Source: Escherichia phage vB_EcoM_G2248
DNA: 64,000 bases
Strand: one strand, 5' to 3'
Sequence record: MK327932.1
The notes below the pieces were generated by a model. That model searched no databases. It worked only from the letters and a program-made list of their open reading frames with translations, and was not told where the DNA came from. Every line of letters starts with the position of its first letter. Within the stretch, counting starts at the first letter, position 1. The position numbers and the translations under genes were made by a program. Shown here in pieces: positions 18,518 through 28,636 of the stretch.

Positions 18518-19035
18518 TGACAGAAACTAAACCTATGTTAAAATTTGTTGTTCCTGTAAAAAAATTAGAGATAAACGGGAAACATATTAAGATCCCAAAA
18601 ATGGGGATTAAGCAACATCGATTATTAAAAGATGTTCGTAGCTGTGATGAAACATTAAAGATTCTTCTTGATTCAATCTGTCCTGGGTTAAACGCTGCCG
18701 AGTCTGAATTGGTTATGCTTAACCTTTGTGCGTTTAATGGTAAGTGTCTGGAAGAAAAAGATGGTCTTAAGCTGTCTGATGTGTATATTTGTACAGAGAC
18801 TGAATTTACTTTAAATGGTAAAGTCTTTAAATTTAAAAATCCAATGTATACTTCTGACCCCATTATCGATGACGCTGATTTCTTGAGTCATCATTATCAC
18901 GATCCTAGCGTAGACTTCCATGATTTCCCAGCTTTTATTATGGATTGGGCTACAGGATTAAGAAAAACTATTGCACTGGATACACCGGAAGGTACTATCT
19001 ATGGTGGAATTAACATATTGGATCGCCTATCATGA
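18517..19035 (+). CDS. 28: Baseplate hub distal protein gp28
   Basis: 172 aa in the T4 gene 28 position; ATGA overlap with gene 27. Confidence 0.7.
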   Translation: MTETKPMLKFVVPVKKLEINGKHIKIPKMGIKQHRLLKDVRSCDETLKILLDSICPGLNAAESELVMLNLCAFNGKCLEEKDGLKLSDVYICTETEFTLNGKVFKFKNPMYTSDPIIDDADFLSHHYHDPSVDFHDFPAFIMDWATGLRKTIALDTPEGTIYGGINILDRLS

Positions 19036-20765
19036 ATGACGCATTAACATCATTTCGCGGGATGCGCAAGGAAGCGGAAGAAAACCCGATTGATAAACTT
19101 AACAAATTAGATAAACTTGATTCTATTGATAATTTGCAAGCCGCTACCGAATTGGTGGCAGAGACAGTAGAACAAAAATCTAATGAAGTTGTTGGTGCGG
19201 TCGAGGATAACACCGCAGCCAATGAATTGACGGCAGAAAATACACAATCTACCGCTGGCAATACACAAAAAACTTATGAAGAATTGCAAAAACTCAATAA
19301 TTTCTCTTCTCAGATGAATGAGAAATTACGTGGTTTTGGTGTTATGATGGAACGTAGATTTGGTGTTGTCAGTAAAATGGCTAGCGGTATTGGTGCGATT
19401 GAAGAAGCATTGAAAAAACCGGAACAACCGCAAACAATGCCATCACCTCAGCCAGTTTTGCCTACTGTACCGGAACAGCCTAACAATGACAACTATCAAG
19501 GTCTTCCAAAGAAAAAACCAGATGTTGAGGAACGGAAGAAAAAGAACGCCGCAGATAAGCGTAATGCTGATTCTATGGAAAATCTTCTTAAAGTTGTTCG
19601 TGGAGGATTTAAAGAAACCATAGGTATCTCTAATAAGGTCTTAGGGATGTTATTTAAGATCACTTTGACCGCTATGGCAGAAGCCGCAAAATGGGGTGCT
19701 ATTTTGATGGGTATTGTTTTTGTCATTGATACCCTGATGGTTCATTTCAGATATTGGAGTGATTTATTCGAAACAAAATTCAAGGAATTTATGGATAAGG
19801 CCGGAGGATGGGCTGGTCCTATTAGCGATATTTTAACTACTGTTCGTCAGGTTCGAGATTATTGGTCTAAAGGAGAATATAAAGAATTAATTAAATCGCT
19901 GGTTATGGGTATTGGTGATGCGTTCTATAAAACCTTTATCCAACTTGATCGAATTATCACTACTGGTATTGCTAAAATTCTTCGCATGATCCCTGGTATG
20001 GGTGATTATGCCGATAATTTAGAATACGGTGCTTTAAAATCTGCTGTTGCTAAAGGCTATAAGCCAAATGAAAGAGAACTCGAATTAATGGATAAGGTCG
20101 AGTCTGAACACGAAGAAGACAAATATGGAGAGCGCACAGGATGGACAGGAAAAGCCCGTGATATTGGCGAGGCCATAGGCGAATCTATTAAAGATAAATT
20201 TAATGAAGGTCTTGTTAGTCTGGGCTGGAGAGATCAAAAGGATGTTGACGCAGAGAAACGACAAGAAGAATTAAAACGCGGGGAATACAAGTCTGTTTCT
20301 GCTGAACAACGATCTGCTAGTCGTAAACTTAAAATTAAAAGCGAGGGAGCGATCAATAATATTAATGAAGTTATGGAGAATTTGAGCGGTGACTATGACA
20401 AAGAAAGAATGGAAGAGTTGAAAAAGGATATTGATGTTTACCGTGAGCAAGTTCAAGATCCTACATTAGTTGAAAGTGACCGTTCTCAGTTAGAGCGTCT
20501 TATTGAAAAATTTGATGAGATGTATGCTGATAAAACTAAGGGTGTGGTTCCAACTAATCCTGTTCCTGCAACTGAAACGGAAACAGCAAAACAAGCGGAA
20601 CGTACTGAACAAATGCAGAAACAAGCTGCAATCCAGCAACAAACGACAAATCAGACCTCAAACGTAAATAATACACAAATTGTAACAAACAATAGAACTA
20701 TTAAACAGGGTGCACCAACAACTAGAATTGATGCCCCAGGTACAATTAATATGGGGAACTTTTAA
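19032..20765 (+). CDS. 29: Baseplate hub / tail tape-measure protein gp29
   Basis: 577 aa (T4 gp29 is about 590 aa); helical, charged, with a hydrophobic segment; position matches. Confidence 0.75.
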   Translation: MNDALTSFRGMRKEAEENPIDKLNKLDKLDSIDNLQAATELVAETVEQKSNEVVGAVEDNTAANELTAENTQSTAGNTQKTYEELQKLNNFSSQMNEKLRGFGVMMERRFGVVSKMASGIGAIEEALKKPEQPQTMPSPQPVLPTVPEQPNNDNYQGLPKKKPDVEERKKKNAADKRNADSMENLLKVVRGGFKETIGISNKVLGMLFKITLTAMAEAAKWGAILMGIVFVIDTLMVHFRYWSDLFETKFKEFMDKAGGWAGPISDILTTVRQVRDYWSKGEYKELIKSLVMGIGDAFYKTFIQLDRIITTGIAKILRMIPGMGDYADNLEYGALKSAVAKGYKPNERELELMDKVESEHEEDKYGERTGWTGKARDIGEAIGESIKDKFNEGLVSLGWRDQKDVDAEKRQEELKRGEYKSVSAEQRSASRKLKIKSEGAINNINEVMENLSGDYDKERMEELKKDIDVYREQVQDPTLVESDRSQLERLIEKFDEMYADKTKGVVPTNPVPATETETAKQAERTEQMQKQAAIQQQTTNQTSNVNNTQIVTNNRTIKQGAPTTRIDAPGTINMGNF

Positions 20766-21823
20766 TGAAAATTAGTGTTATCAATGATGCCGTTGATAGC
20801 TTTAAAGCGGGGGTTAAAACCTCCGCTGGTTTTACCTCAAAAAATAAAGGGAAAACATTAACCGCTCAATTCCCCGCTGAACGTGCTAGCGGTAATGATT
20901 CTAGCGGTTATTATATCAACGACTTATATAATAATGGTCTGTTATTCACTGCATACGATTACACATCTCGTACTACTGGATCGTTGCGTGATTTCAGGAA
21001 AAAGAAAAATGTTGCTAGCGGTTTTGGCGGTAGCGTTAATATCGCTGGTTTTGATTTAAATTTGGGTGGGAGAAATGCTGCATTTGACCGAGAGGCAATT
21101 GCTAATATTCTTCTTCCTCGTAGTCAATCTGACGTTGACGCTGCCAGCCATAAGTTTAATGATGTTGGTGAATCTGTTATTTCTCGCGGCGGTGGTACTT
21201 TAGGCGGTGCTCTTTCTAATATGGCATCTACTGCCGTTTTTGGTGGTATCGAAAGTATTACTGGTGGATACCTTGCCGATCACGGTGAACAGATTTATAA
21301 TACGGCGCGAAGCATGTATGCGGGTGCTGACGCACGAACGAAAAACTACGTATGGCATCTAACCCCACGTAGTATTGAAGACCTTCGCAATATTCTGATC
21401 ATATACGAAACGTTTTTAGAGTTGTCTTATGGTTCTAGTGGTATTTCCAGCACCGCAAAAGAATTAAAAGCGGAAGTTGATGCGTGGTATAAAAATACAC
21501 TATTGAGCAAATCCACTCCAGCCGAGGCAAAGAGAAATGATACGCTGTTTGAAGGGATCACCGATTTTCTATCAAACGTAATTACTGTATCTAACCCGAC
21601 AATATGGATGATCTCTAACTTCGGCAAGCGTACATCGTTTGAAGGGCGTAGCGATGCATTTGGTCCCGCTCAGATCTCAAGTGTACGTCTGGACAAGTCG
21701 CCTGATGGTAAGTTTAATGGCCTTGCTATTTCTCCTAACTTGCCGAGTACCTTTGTTCTGGAAGTATCATTTAGAGAGATCTTGACACTTTCCCGTGGTA
21801 CTATATTTGGGAGTGCGGCATAA
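20765..21823 (+). CDS. 48: Baseplate tail-tube cap gp48
   Basis: 352 aa in the T4 gene 48 position; translationally coupled. Confidence 0.75.
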   Translation: MKISVINDAVDSFKAGVKTSAGFTSKNKGKTLTAQFPAERASGNDSSGYYINDLYNNGLLFTAYDYTSRTTGSLRDFRKKKNVASGFGGSVNIAGFDLNLGGRNAAFDREAIANILLPRSQSDVDAASHKFNDVGESVISRGGGTLGGALSNMASTAVFGGIESITGGYLADHGEQIYNTARSMYAGADARTKNYVWHLTPRSIEDLRNILIIYETFLELSYGSSGISSTAKELKAEVDAWYKNTLLSKSTPAEAKRNDTLFEGITDFLSNVITVSNPTIWMISNFGKRTSFEGRSDAFGPAQISSVRLDKSPDGKFNGLAISPNLPSTFVLEVSFREILTLSRGTIFGSAA

Positions 21824-22755
21824 TGTTTGATTTAAATGATTTTAACGAACAAGCCGCTAACCTTGACTTTCAGCGATCTAACTTATTCAGCGTGGCATTT
21901 GCCACCACTCCAAGTAATAAGACACAAGCGATCCTAGAAAGTATGGGTGGTGCGGTATATGATATTATACCAAATGCATTAAATGACTATTTCGGGATTA
22001 CTCGTGGTGATTATACTGACGCATTAACAAATCTTGCTGTACAGGGTGTTAGGCGTGCTGTTGATTCATCTGGTGTCAAAAAGTATCTTTTAGGTGCAAT
22101 GTCATCCCGCGTAGTTCAATCTCTTCTGGGGCAATTTGATGTTGGTACATATGCGCTTGACTGGTTCAATATGGCATATAAGACAAACGGTCTTCTGGTG
22201 TATGCTGTTAAGGTTCCAGAAAACAGATTGAATTATGAAATGGACCGTAACCACAATGCGCCAAACATTCGAATTACCGGACGTGATTTTGATCCGCTTG
22301 TATTGAGCTTTAGAATGGACTCTAGCGCATCAAACTATAGAGCAATGCAGGATTGGGTTAACTCAGTAGAAGACCCCGTTACAGGGCTTCGTGCGCTTCC
22401 TGTTGACGTTGAAGCAGATATTCAGGTCAACTTACATAACCGAATGGGAGTTCCTCACACGATCATGATGTTTAATGGTTGTGTTCCTGTTGGTGTGAGT
22501 GCACCGGAATTAAACTATGAAAACAACAACGAAATCACAACATTCGATGTTACTTTCGCATATCGTTCTATGCAAACTGGTGCTGTAGGAGAGCAAGCCG
22601 CGCGAGAATGGATTGAGGATAAGGCAATAAACGCAATAACAAACACTTTCGGCAATAATTTACTTGATAGTGGGTTATCTGCTGCTGGTAATGCTTTATC
22701 GCGTCTAAATGGCGTTGGTGGGCGTGTGGTGAATACTGTCACTAACTGGTTCTGA
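21823..22755 (+). CDS. 54: Baseplate tail-tube initiator gp54
   Basis: 310 aa in the T4 gene 54 position. Confidence 0.75.
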   Translation: MFDLNDFNEQAANLDFQRSNLFSVAFATTPSNKTQAILESMGGAVYDIIPNALNDYFGITRGDYTDALTNLAVQGVRRAVDSSGVKKYLLGAMSSRVVQSLLGQFDVGTYALDWFNMAYKTNGLLVYAVKVPENRLNYEMDRNHNAPNIRITGRDFDPLVLSFRMDSSASNYRAMQDWVNSVEDPVTGLRALPVDVEADIQVNLHNRMGVPHTIMMFNGCVPVGVSAPELNYENNNEITTFDVTFAYRSMQTGAVGEQAAREWIEDKAINAITNTFGNNLLDSGLSAAGNALSRLNGVGGRVVNTVTNWF

Positions 22756-22761
22756 TAAGCG

Positions 22762-22790
22762 AAAGGCGGGGATTATCCCCGCCTTTTTAT
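22762..22790. terminator. Bidirectional terminator
   Basis: GGCGGGGA-TTA-TCCCCGCC followed by TTTTT. Confidence 0.65.
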
Positions 22791-23272
22791 TTTGCTAAAT
22801 CATTGCAGTATTTTAGTGCCTTAGTTTGAAATTCTGCGCTGTTAAGTTCTTCATAACGGTCATAATCACCGTTTAATGCTGCCTTTCTTGCTTCTTGCTC
22901 TATCTGCATGTCAGACATGATAATACAGCGATCCCGTGCTTTCAGCTTCTCAAGTTGTATAGACTCTTCTTTCTGTTTGCGCAATTCTTCTTGACGCTTC
23001 TTTTCTTCTCGTGCTTTCTCTTCCCGCGCTTCTTTGATTGCATCCTTGAACATCTGCGTTTGTGGTGCTAAACCAACTTTAACGCGATCCACGTCTCGAC
23101 GTTCCATTTTAGAAATAAAGCATGATTCGATCTGATCATCACTTGCATATGCTGCTTTACATTCACGAAGCAAGAAAACCGGATCTGATTTAGCATTCAT
23201 CATAGCTTCCATGTTGGCACAACCAGTAAGCATGAATGCAGCCGCAAGACCAATCAGTTTAATCATTTTCAT
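22787..23272 (-). CDS. Putative lipoprotein (161 aa)
   Basis: N-terminal signal peptide with lipobox (LAAAFMLTGC); charged coiled-coil-like centre; ATGA overlap with the upstream ART gene. Confidence 0.5.
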   Translation of the reverse strand: MKMIKLIGLAAAFMLTGCANMEAMMNAKSDPVFLLRECKAAYASDDQIESCFISKMERRDVDRVKVGLAPQTQMFKDAIKEAREEKAREEKKRQEELRKQKEESIQLEKLKARDRCIIMSDMQIEQEARKAALNGDYDRYEELNSAEFQTKALKYCNDLAK

Positions 23273-24093
23273 TTAGTCACCTCACCGAAAATTGTAAATT
23301 GTCTACGATTCTCATCGCCGAAAGATTCTACTACGTCGTTTACCTTGACGCAAGTCCCGCGCGGTAAAATTACTTCACATTCGCAAGGATTCCATGCAAT
23401 TGACCCAACAACAAAACCTTTATGATCTTTTACGTCAATTACCCATGATACATTACAAGAATGTTGCATCTTTCCGGTCATTGATTCATATCGATTCTCA
23501 CAATAAAGGCTAGTGCTGTTTGATAGCCATCCTCCAAAGATGATCGGTGTCATGCTGGTCGATACAAAGTTTTTAAAGGTAAACTCCTTATCTTCAATGA
23601 TGCGCTCTATTGTCTGAATGTCAAGATGTTGACCGCGATAAAGAGTACCGTTTAACTTTTCGGTTTTATCCATGACACAATCCATCAAATCAACAATCTC
23701 TGATATCTCATCGGTCATGTCTTCTTCCCCTAAGAGAGCACCATTTACCCATTCGTATTGTTCAGATACATAATCACAGATTGCATTATATTCTGCTGGG
23801 GTTATGTTGTTATGTTTGTAATGTTTGAATACATTATCTCCAAAGTCTTCGGAGTGTACTTCATACATCACATTAATGATTTTCTTGACAAATCCATAAT
23901 CTTGTGTCTCGCGCTCAAGGAAGCGGATAACCTTCACATAATCATCAAAGTTAATCTGATCGCTGATCATCTCAGTGATCATGTAACCATTAATACCCTC
24001 AATGTCATATGTTTCGATGTAATTATCCATACGTTCCATCATTGATTCGCGTGATTCTTCTGAAAGACGAAAATCCTGTAATTTCTTGAACAT
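23269..24093 (-). CDS. Alt-like ADP-ribosyltransferase paralog (274 aa)
   Basis: C-terminal region paralogous to the Alt catalytic region (LYRGQ...FKNFVSTSMTPIIFGGW versus LYRGM...FKNYVSTSLAPNIFGGW). Confidence 0.6.
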   Translation of the reverse strand: MFKKLQDFRLSEESRESMMERMDNYIETYDIEGINGYMITEMISDQINFDDYVKVIRFLERETQDYGFVKKIINVMYEVHSEDFGDNVFKHYKHNNITPAEYNAICDYVSEQYEWVNGALLGEEDMTDEISEIVDLMDCVMDKTEKLNGTLYRGQHLDIQTIERIIEDKEFTFKNFVSTSMTPIIFGGWLSNSTSLYCENRYESMTGKMQHSCNVSWVIDVKDHKGFVVGSIAWNPCECEVILPRGTCVKVNDVVESFGDENRRQFTIFGEVTK

Positions 24094-24126
24094 TTTAAAC
24101 CTCCCATATAACAGAAAACGGGGCTA

Positions 24127-24158
24127 GTATAAAACTAGTCCCCGTTTGAGTCAACCAT
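24127..24158 (-). terminator. Hairpin terminator (minus strand)
   Basis: AACGGGGCTAGT...ACTAGTCCCCGTT inverted repeat with a T-run on the minus strand. Confidence 0.55.
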
Positions 24159-24171
24159 TATTTCTTAAAAA

Positions 24172-26223
24172 TTACATTTTAAATTTATCTGGCATTGCGT
24201 CTACAGATACCAGATCAGCGATAAGCTGACGTAGAGTTGCCTTATCTGCTTTCTTACGTTCGGTTTTAGCTTCGCTAATGAAGCTGGAGAAAGACAGGTC
24301 AGAAGCAGGTTTAACAACACCTTCACGGATGAATGCATCACCGTCCGCGATCATCTCGCCAGATTCTTGTAATGCTGCCAGTTCATTTTTGTTCATAATA
24401 TGTGCCTCAATGTAATAAGTTTCTTGTGAATCCGTCGATGCCGTAGCACGAGTTACCGTATCAAAGGATAACACAACACCGCGAGGAAGTAAAATCTCGC
24501 ATTCTTTGTAAGCAAATGCTTTGTTACCTACTGGCAAGACAGGGATGTTTTCCGCGCCAGCAATGGAGAAAGCAACATTAGCGCCACCTTCACCGCGAGA
24601 GCCAGCCATAGAATCAACACCAGCAACGGCACTAGCCACGTTTGCATTCCAGCCGCCAAAAATGTTAGGTGCAAGGGAAGTGCTCACATAGTTTTTAAAG
24701 TAAAACGCTTTTTGCTTACGTGCAGTTTCCCACATTTGCGACCGGAAGTCCATACCACGATACAGAATAGTACCCGGATCAAGTTTAACGCCATAGTTGG
24801 AGAAGGCATTATCCAGTGCATCGCACATCTTGACCAATTCTTCTGGATCTGAGATGCCTTCAAACTCTTCCAGCTTACGATCAGTTAGGAAGTTGTTCAT
24901 ATTGATGTATGCTGCATCGGCATATTCGCTCAACACAAAACCTTCCGCGCCTGGCAGATCAAGATCAATATCTGCCATCATTTCACCCATGTTACTAGCA
25001 ATTGCTTCAAACATACCGGAAGCAACATTACGCAGGGCATCGGTTTTAATCTGGGTGATATGACTACGCAGCATTTCAGCTTTTACATCTGCTGGCATAG
25101 ACTGGTCTACTCGATCCATTGCCAGGGCGGTGATCTTGTTTTCGAATACTTCCTCGCTCATGATTTCTTTTAAGCGTTTGATTGATGCTGCGATAACTTC
25201 CGCAGACAACGGATCATATTGATCCTGAACTTTTACCAGTTCGCTTACTGCGTATTTTGCATCGGCTTCGCTTTCAAAAATAGTACGCATGAAACCATAG
25301 CGAGTGATAATATCACTTGTCCAGTCATTCAGAGAACGGGCGGTTGAACGTTCTAAGGCTTGACGATCAATCAGAGTATTAAACTGTTTCTTAGGTTCGG
25401 CTTCGGTGATATCTTCTTCCGGTTTAAGATTAATTTTTTCTGGATGATTCACATAGTCGCTGTTATAGGTCGCTTGAGTTTTCAGCATTTCTTCTTTAGT
25501 CAAACGAGATTTAGCCGCTACGCGTTGTTCCGCTTCCGCGTTTCGTTCTTCTTCTGACACCAGACTAGCCGCATACGCCTCATCTTTAGTCAGAGATTCA
25601 CCAGTAGCCTTAGATACCCAGCGATCACCTAAATCACTTTCTACTTTAGTGAACAAGGAATCATCAAGTTTAATCCCTTTAATCTTATCAATCGCCATAC
25701 CGCGACGCTTGACAACAACTAAAGCGATCTTTTTGCTGGTCATTACTTCCTGCTGGAATACTTCAAACTTCGGTGTACGACGCACCAAACGCTCTATAAC
25801 GCGCTTAACCAGTTCGGTCTTACCTTTCATGCGGGATACGTTAAAACGGAACATAACAGCGTCTAATTGCGCTTTACGGGCTGTTTCCATAACCACATCA
25901 AAAGCACTTGCCATAACTGCAATCGGGTTATCGCCTAGACCATTTTTAAGCTGTACAATACGACCGCTTTTGTTCATTTCGCACAGTACAACATGTGCGG
26001 TCTTGTCACCCATACGAATGATTTTAGGTGTTTTGTTGGTGAAGTTACAAAGACGGACAATCACATCTTTATCGCGTGTCTGTACTGCAAAAAGCTGTTT
26101 AGGATTCTGCTTAGGCTTTAAGCACTGTACCGGAGCAATACTGCCAAAGTTTTCTTCCTCTTCCGTCAACAGCCATTTCTCGAAAGATTCAATCATTAGA
26201 TCGTCGATTTCTAAGTTAAACAT
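24172..26223 (-). CDS. alt: Alt ADP-ribosyltransferase (packaged, modifies host RNA polymerase in T4)
   Basis: 683 aa (T4 Alt is 682 aa); position after gene 54; ART-like C-terminal motifs. Confidence 0.8.
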   Translation of the reverse strand: MFNLEIDDLMIESFEKWLLTEEEENFGSIAPVQCLKPKQNPKQLFAVQTRDKDVIVRLCNFTNKTPKIIRMGDKTAHVVLCEMNKSGRIVQLKNGLGDNPIAVMASAFDVVMETARKAQLDAVMFRFNVSRMKGKTELVKRVIERLVRRTPKFEVFQQEVMTSKKIALVVVKRRGMAIDKIKGIKLDDSLFTKVESDLGDRWVSKATGESLTKDEAYAASLVSEEERNAEAEQRVAAKSRLTKEEMLKTQATYNSDYVNHPEKINLKPEEDITEAEPKKQFNTLIDRQALERSTARSLNDWTSDIITRYGFMRTIFESEADAKYAVSELVKVQDQYDPLSAEVIAASIKRLKEIMSEEVFENKITALAMDRVDQSMPADVKAEMLRSHITQIKTDALRNVASGMFEAIASNMGEMMADIDLDLPGAEGFVLSEYADAAYINMNNFLTDRKLEEFEGISDPEELVKMCDALDNAFSNYGVKLDPGTILYRGMDFRSQMWETARKQKAFYFKNYVSTSLAPNIFGGWNANVASAVAGVDSMAGSRGEGGANVAFSIAGAENIPVLPVGNKAFAYKECEILLPRGVVLSFDTVTRATASTDSQETYYIEAHIMNKNELAALQESGEMIADGDAFIREGVVKPASDLSFSSFISEAKTERKKADKATLRQLIADLVSVDAMPDKFKM

Positions 26224-26290
26224 TTTATATCCTCTAGTTGATAACCTATAAACCTATATTTATGAAAACGGGGCTTAACGCCCCCTTTTA

Positions 26291-26503
26291 TTATAATGCA
26301 CCAGCAAGCAATTGCTCTAAGGTGTATCCTGAATAGTCTTTTTCAATCAGGGTATATTTTCCTACTCGTTTAATCCAGCCACGCATTTCAACGTATTCTG
26401 CGTAGTTGATGGTACGAGTTGTTCCATCTTCTAGCAAAGCAGTACCGATTTCGTTAATGCGGTCATAAGTTACGTCGGTAATGATGATTTCGATGTTAGC
26501 CAT
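26291..26503 (-). CDS. Small hypothetical early protein (70 aa)
   Basis: ORF immediately downstream of a PeSL-like early promoter. Confidence 0.45.
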   Translation of the reverse strand: MANIEIIITDVTYDRINEIGTALLEDGTTRTINYAEYVEMRGWIKRVGKYTLIEKDYSGYTLEQLLAGAL

Positions 26504-26570
26504 TTGATACTCCTTAGTAGTTCGTTTCGGTATGGGTGTATTATGATATACACCCTCTGTTATGTCAACA
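26504..26570 (-). promoter_or_regulatory. PeSL-like early promoter cassette
   Basis: Minus strand reads TTGACA, 17-nt spacer, CATAAT, then ACCGAAACGA leader and RBS before the ATG. Confidence 0.6.
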
Positions 26571-26573
26571 ACT

Positions 26574-26754
26574 TTTAGAACATTTTTGAAATTAATTCTG
26601 CTTTGATTTCGCAGAGAACATCTAAAGATTTCTCGTCACCCGCTTTTGCTGCTTCTGCTTGCATTTTTGAAATGGCTTCAATCTCAGTGCAATTATAAGC
26701 CGCTTGAACTTTAGCGATTGCGATGATTGCCGATTCGATGGTTAAGTGTTTCAT
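26574..26754 (-). CDS. Small hypothetical early protein (~59 aa)
   Basis: ORF below the track cut-off, preceded by a PeSL cassette and GGAGAATCAAACATG start context. Confidence 0.4.
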
Positions 26755-26816
26755 GTTTGATTCTCCTTTCGTTTCGGTATGTGTGCATTATAGGGGATCG
26801 GTGACCCCCTGTCAAC
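26755..26816 (-). promoter_or_regulatory. PeSL-like early promoter cassette
   Basis: Minus strand: TTGACA, GGGGGTCACCGATCCCC (palindromic 17-nt spacer), TATAAT, leader, GGAGAATCAAACATG. Confidence 0.65.
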
Positions 26817-26822
26817 AACTTT

Positions 26823-27341
26823 TTAGTTATTTTTTAATTGTTCATCTTGCAATAATGCAATCACATGCTGGCGATGTTCTTCCGATTGAGGCACACCGAA
26901 AAAGTTTGTTTTGTAGAAATACTCTAATCGGTCTTCTCGTGTGCTCTCTTCCATCATGATCGCGGGTAGTCCGAGATTTCGGAAACGTCGCTTTTCTGCT
27001 GGCGTAAAATCACTGTAATACAACATAGAATCATCATTACCAGCAATGCTAAACTCATCATTCATGAAGGAGAATATTGCGTTTAAACGCTGTTTACCGT
27101 CCACGATTTCGATCTCATAGCGAGAGCCATCATCAATCTTAGCCATTGCGATAGCACCAACCGGAAAATCATTAATCAGGTTTTCGATAAACATACGTTT
27201 GTTTTCGGTGTCCCATACCAAAGGACGCTGATAATCTGGGTTCATGTTGATATATCCATCTTCTAACCACGCCTCATAAACAGAGATGACAAAGTTTTTA
27301 GTATTGGTATAGTAACGGCGTTTAGGCGTTAAACGGTTCAT
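26823..27341 (-). CDS. DUF262 / ParB-like (GmrSD N-terminal-type) domain protein
   Basis: Motifs DYQRPLVW and VDGKQRLNAI match the ParB/Srx-fold DUF262 signature ((Y/F)QR...W, DG.QR); ATG at 27341 with AGGAGA RBS, TAA-ATG coupling to the upstream gene. Confidence 0.55.
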   Translation of the reverse strand: MNRLTPKRRYYTNTKNFVISVYEAWLEDGYINMNPDYQRPLVWDTENKRMFIENLINDFPVGAIAMAKIDDGSRYEIEIVDGKQRLNAIFSFMNDEFSIAGNDDSMLYYSDFTPAEKRRFRNLGLPAIMMEESTREDRLEYFYKTNFFGVPQSEEHRQHVIALLQDEQLKNN

Positions 27342-27342
27342 G

Positions 27343-27675
27343 TTATAGTCTCCTGAATGGATCATCACGTAAATCAATATCTTTTAAGAACTCATCCCAT
27401 GAATGGCGGATATTGTTCTTAATTCTCCAGATAAGCGCAGGGATTGAACGCTCTCCCATCTGGAAGTATGGATCATATGATCCGTATGCCCAATATGCTA
27501 CTACAATTCCACAATCAGCGCAATAGTATTCTATTTCACTTGCTGGCGACCAAAGTCCATCAATATGATCGGTGATCTTGCTTTCGATGTTATGGCTATG
27601 ACAATCAGGGCAACGGATGCAATGACCTTGTTTATCGTAATTTGACGTTAGCGAATACTTAAACAATCTCATCAT
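27343..27675 (-). CDS. Zinc-finger protein (110 aa)
   Basis: CIRCPDCHSH ... CADCG: two CxxC pairs. Confidence 0.45.
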   Translation of the reverse strand: MMRLFKYSLTSNYDKQGHCIRCPDCHSHNIESKITDHIDGLWSPASEIEYYCADCGIVVAYWAYGSYDPYFQMGERSIPALIWRIKNNIRHSWDEFLKDIDLRDDPFRRL

Positions 27676-28388
27676 AGATCCTTATTTGCTTCAAATACTG
27701 CCTTTGCGAATCCTCGCGGGGTAAGTGACCTGATAGTCTTTGTTTTCGTTCCTTTCCCGCCTAGCTTAGAATGCTGTTTACTGTACCCTTTATTAATCTG
27801 CAAAGGTTTCTTTTCTGGCATTATAAAGCCTTGTCCGGTCCATAAGCAAGTCTTTTTCGGGTACATATCACGGGCGGCAATATACTCAGGAAAAGTAGGA
27901 TGTTTATCATCTTCCGGCAAATAACCGCCATATTCCCACGGATGGAACATATAATCAGGCTTACGCCACATGCTAGAGATAACGCTTACAGGATTCTCTA
28001 TCATGTAGGGAACTCCTAGCCATTCACCCAAATAAGCGGTTATTTTAGCTGCCCTTACATCATGAACTTGAATCAATGGTCCTTGCTCTCGTTTCTTTCG
28101 TTCAAAGTGTGCAGCGCCACTAACAGCTAAATTGGTGCACGGTGGGAATGCAAAGATAATATCCGGTTTCCCCCATTCAAGGTCCATTGCTCTTTCCAGC
28201 CAGTTCAAATCAATCCATGTGTTTACATAGGTAATGTTTGGATGTTCAAATCGGGTATTATACTTTTTGTATGTACCGTGGTCGCCATCGTCAGCATTAA
28301 AGCAGATCACCTTATGACCTGCTTTAGCCCATTCTAACCCCATTATCCCCGATCCGTCAAAGTTGCAGAATATTAATTTTTGTTTCAC
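27672..28388 (-). CDS. C5-cytosine DNA methyltransferase-like protein (238 aa, compact)
   Basis: Motif I-like FCNFDGSGIMG (F.G.G), motif IV-like FAFPPCTNLAVSG (PC...S.G) and motif VI-like MIENP (ENV-type), with spacing resembling C5-MTase catalytic cores; lacks an obvious target-recognition domain. Confidence 0.45.
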   Translation of the reverse strand: MKQKLIFCNFDGSGIMGLEWAKAGHKVICFNADDGDHGTYKKYNTRFEHPNITYVNTWIDLNWLERAMDLEWGKPDIIFAFPPCTNLAVSGAAHFERKKREQGPLIQVHDVRAAKITAYLGEWLGVPYMIENPVSVISSMWRKPDYMFHPWEYGGYLPEDDKHPTFPEYIAARDMYPKKTCLWTGQGFIMPEKKPLQINKGYSKQHSKLGGKGTKTKTIRSLTPRGFAKAVFEANKDL

Positions 28389-28636
28389 GCTGCCCCCATT
28401 GGTTTGATAGTAACAGAATCTAAAAGACCTTTGTTAGCCAGTTCGCGGCAAGTTTTCAGATCCGCAACTTCCCAGCCAGCCGCAATCAGGTTGTCAATGA
28501 GGCTGTTAGCAACTTCTTCGCTCATGAAAGAGCACTGTTTGCCGATGGTGTAGCGTACACGCTGTAATTTCAGTTTACGGAAGCCTTTAACGTTCAGGTC
28601 TTTAGCGATTTTCTTTGCGGTTTCGATGTTAGCCAT
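28385..28636 (-). CDS. Small hypothetical protein (83 aa), first gene of the operon
   Basis: ORF directly after a PeSL promoter; ATGA overlap with the MTase-like gene. Confidence 0.45.
   Translation of the reverse strand: MANIETAKKIAKDLNVKGFRKLKLQRVRYTIGKQCSFMSEEVANSLIDNLIAAGWEVADLKTCRELANKGLLDSVTIKPMGAA

Noticed and set aside
24797-26251. Plus-strand ORFs (24797..25063, 25360..25557, 25649..26251) antisense to alt
   Set aside because: They are embedded in the 683-aa Alt gene on the opposite strand and their translations are low-complexity (Ser/Leu/Arg-rich), so they are almost certainly spurious.
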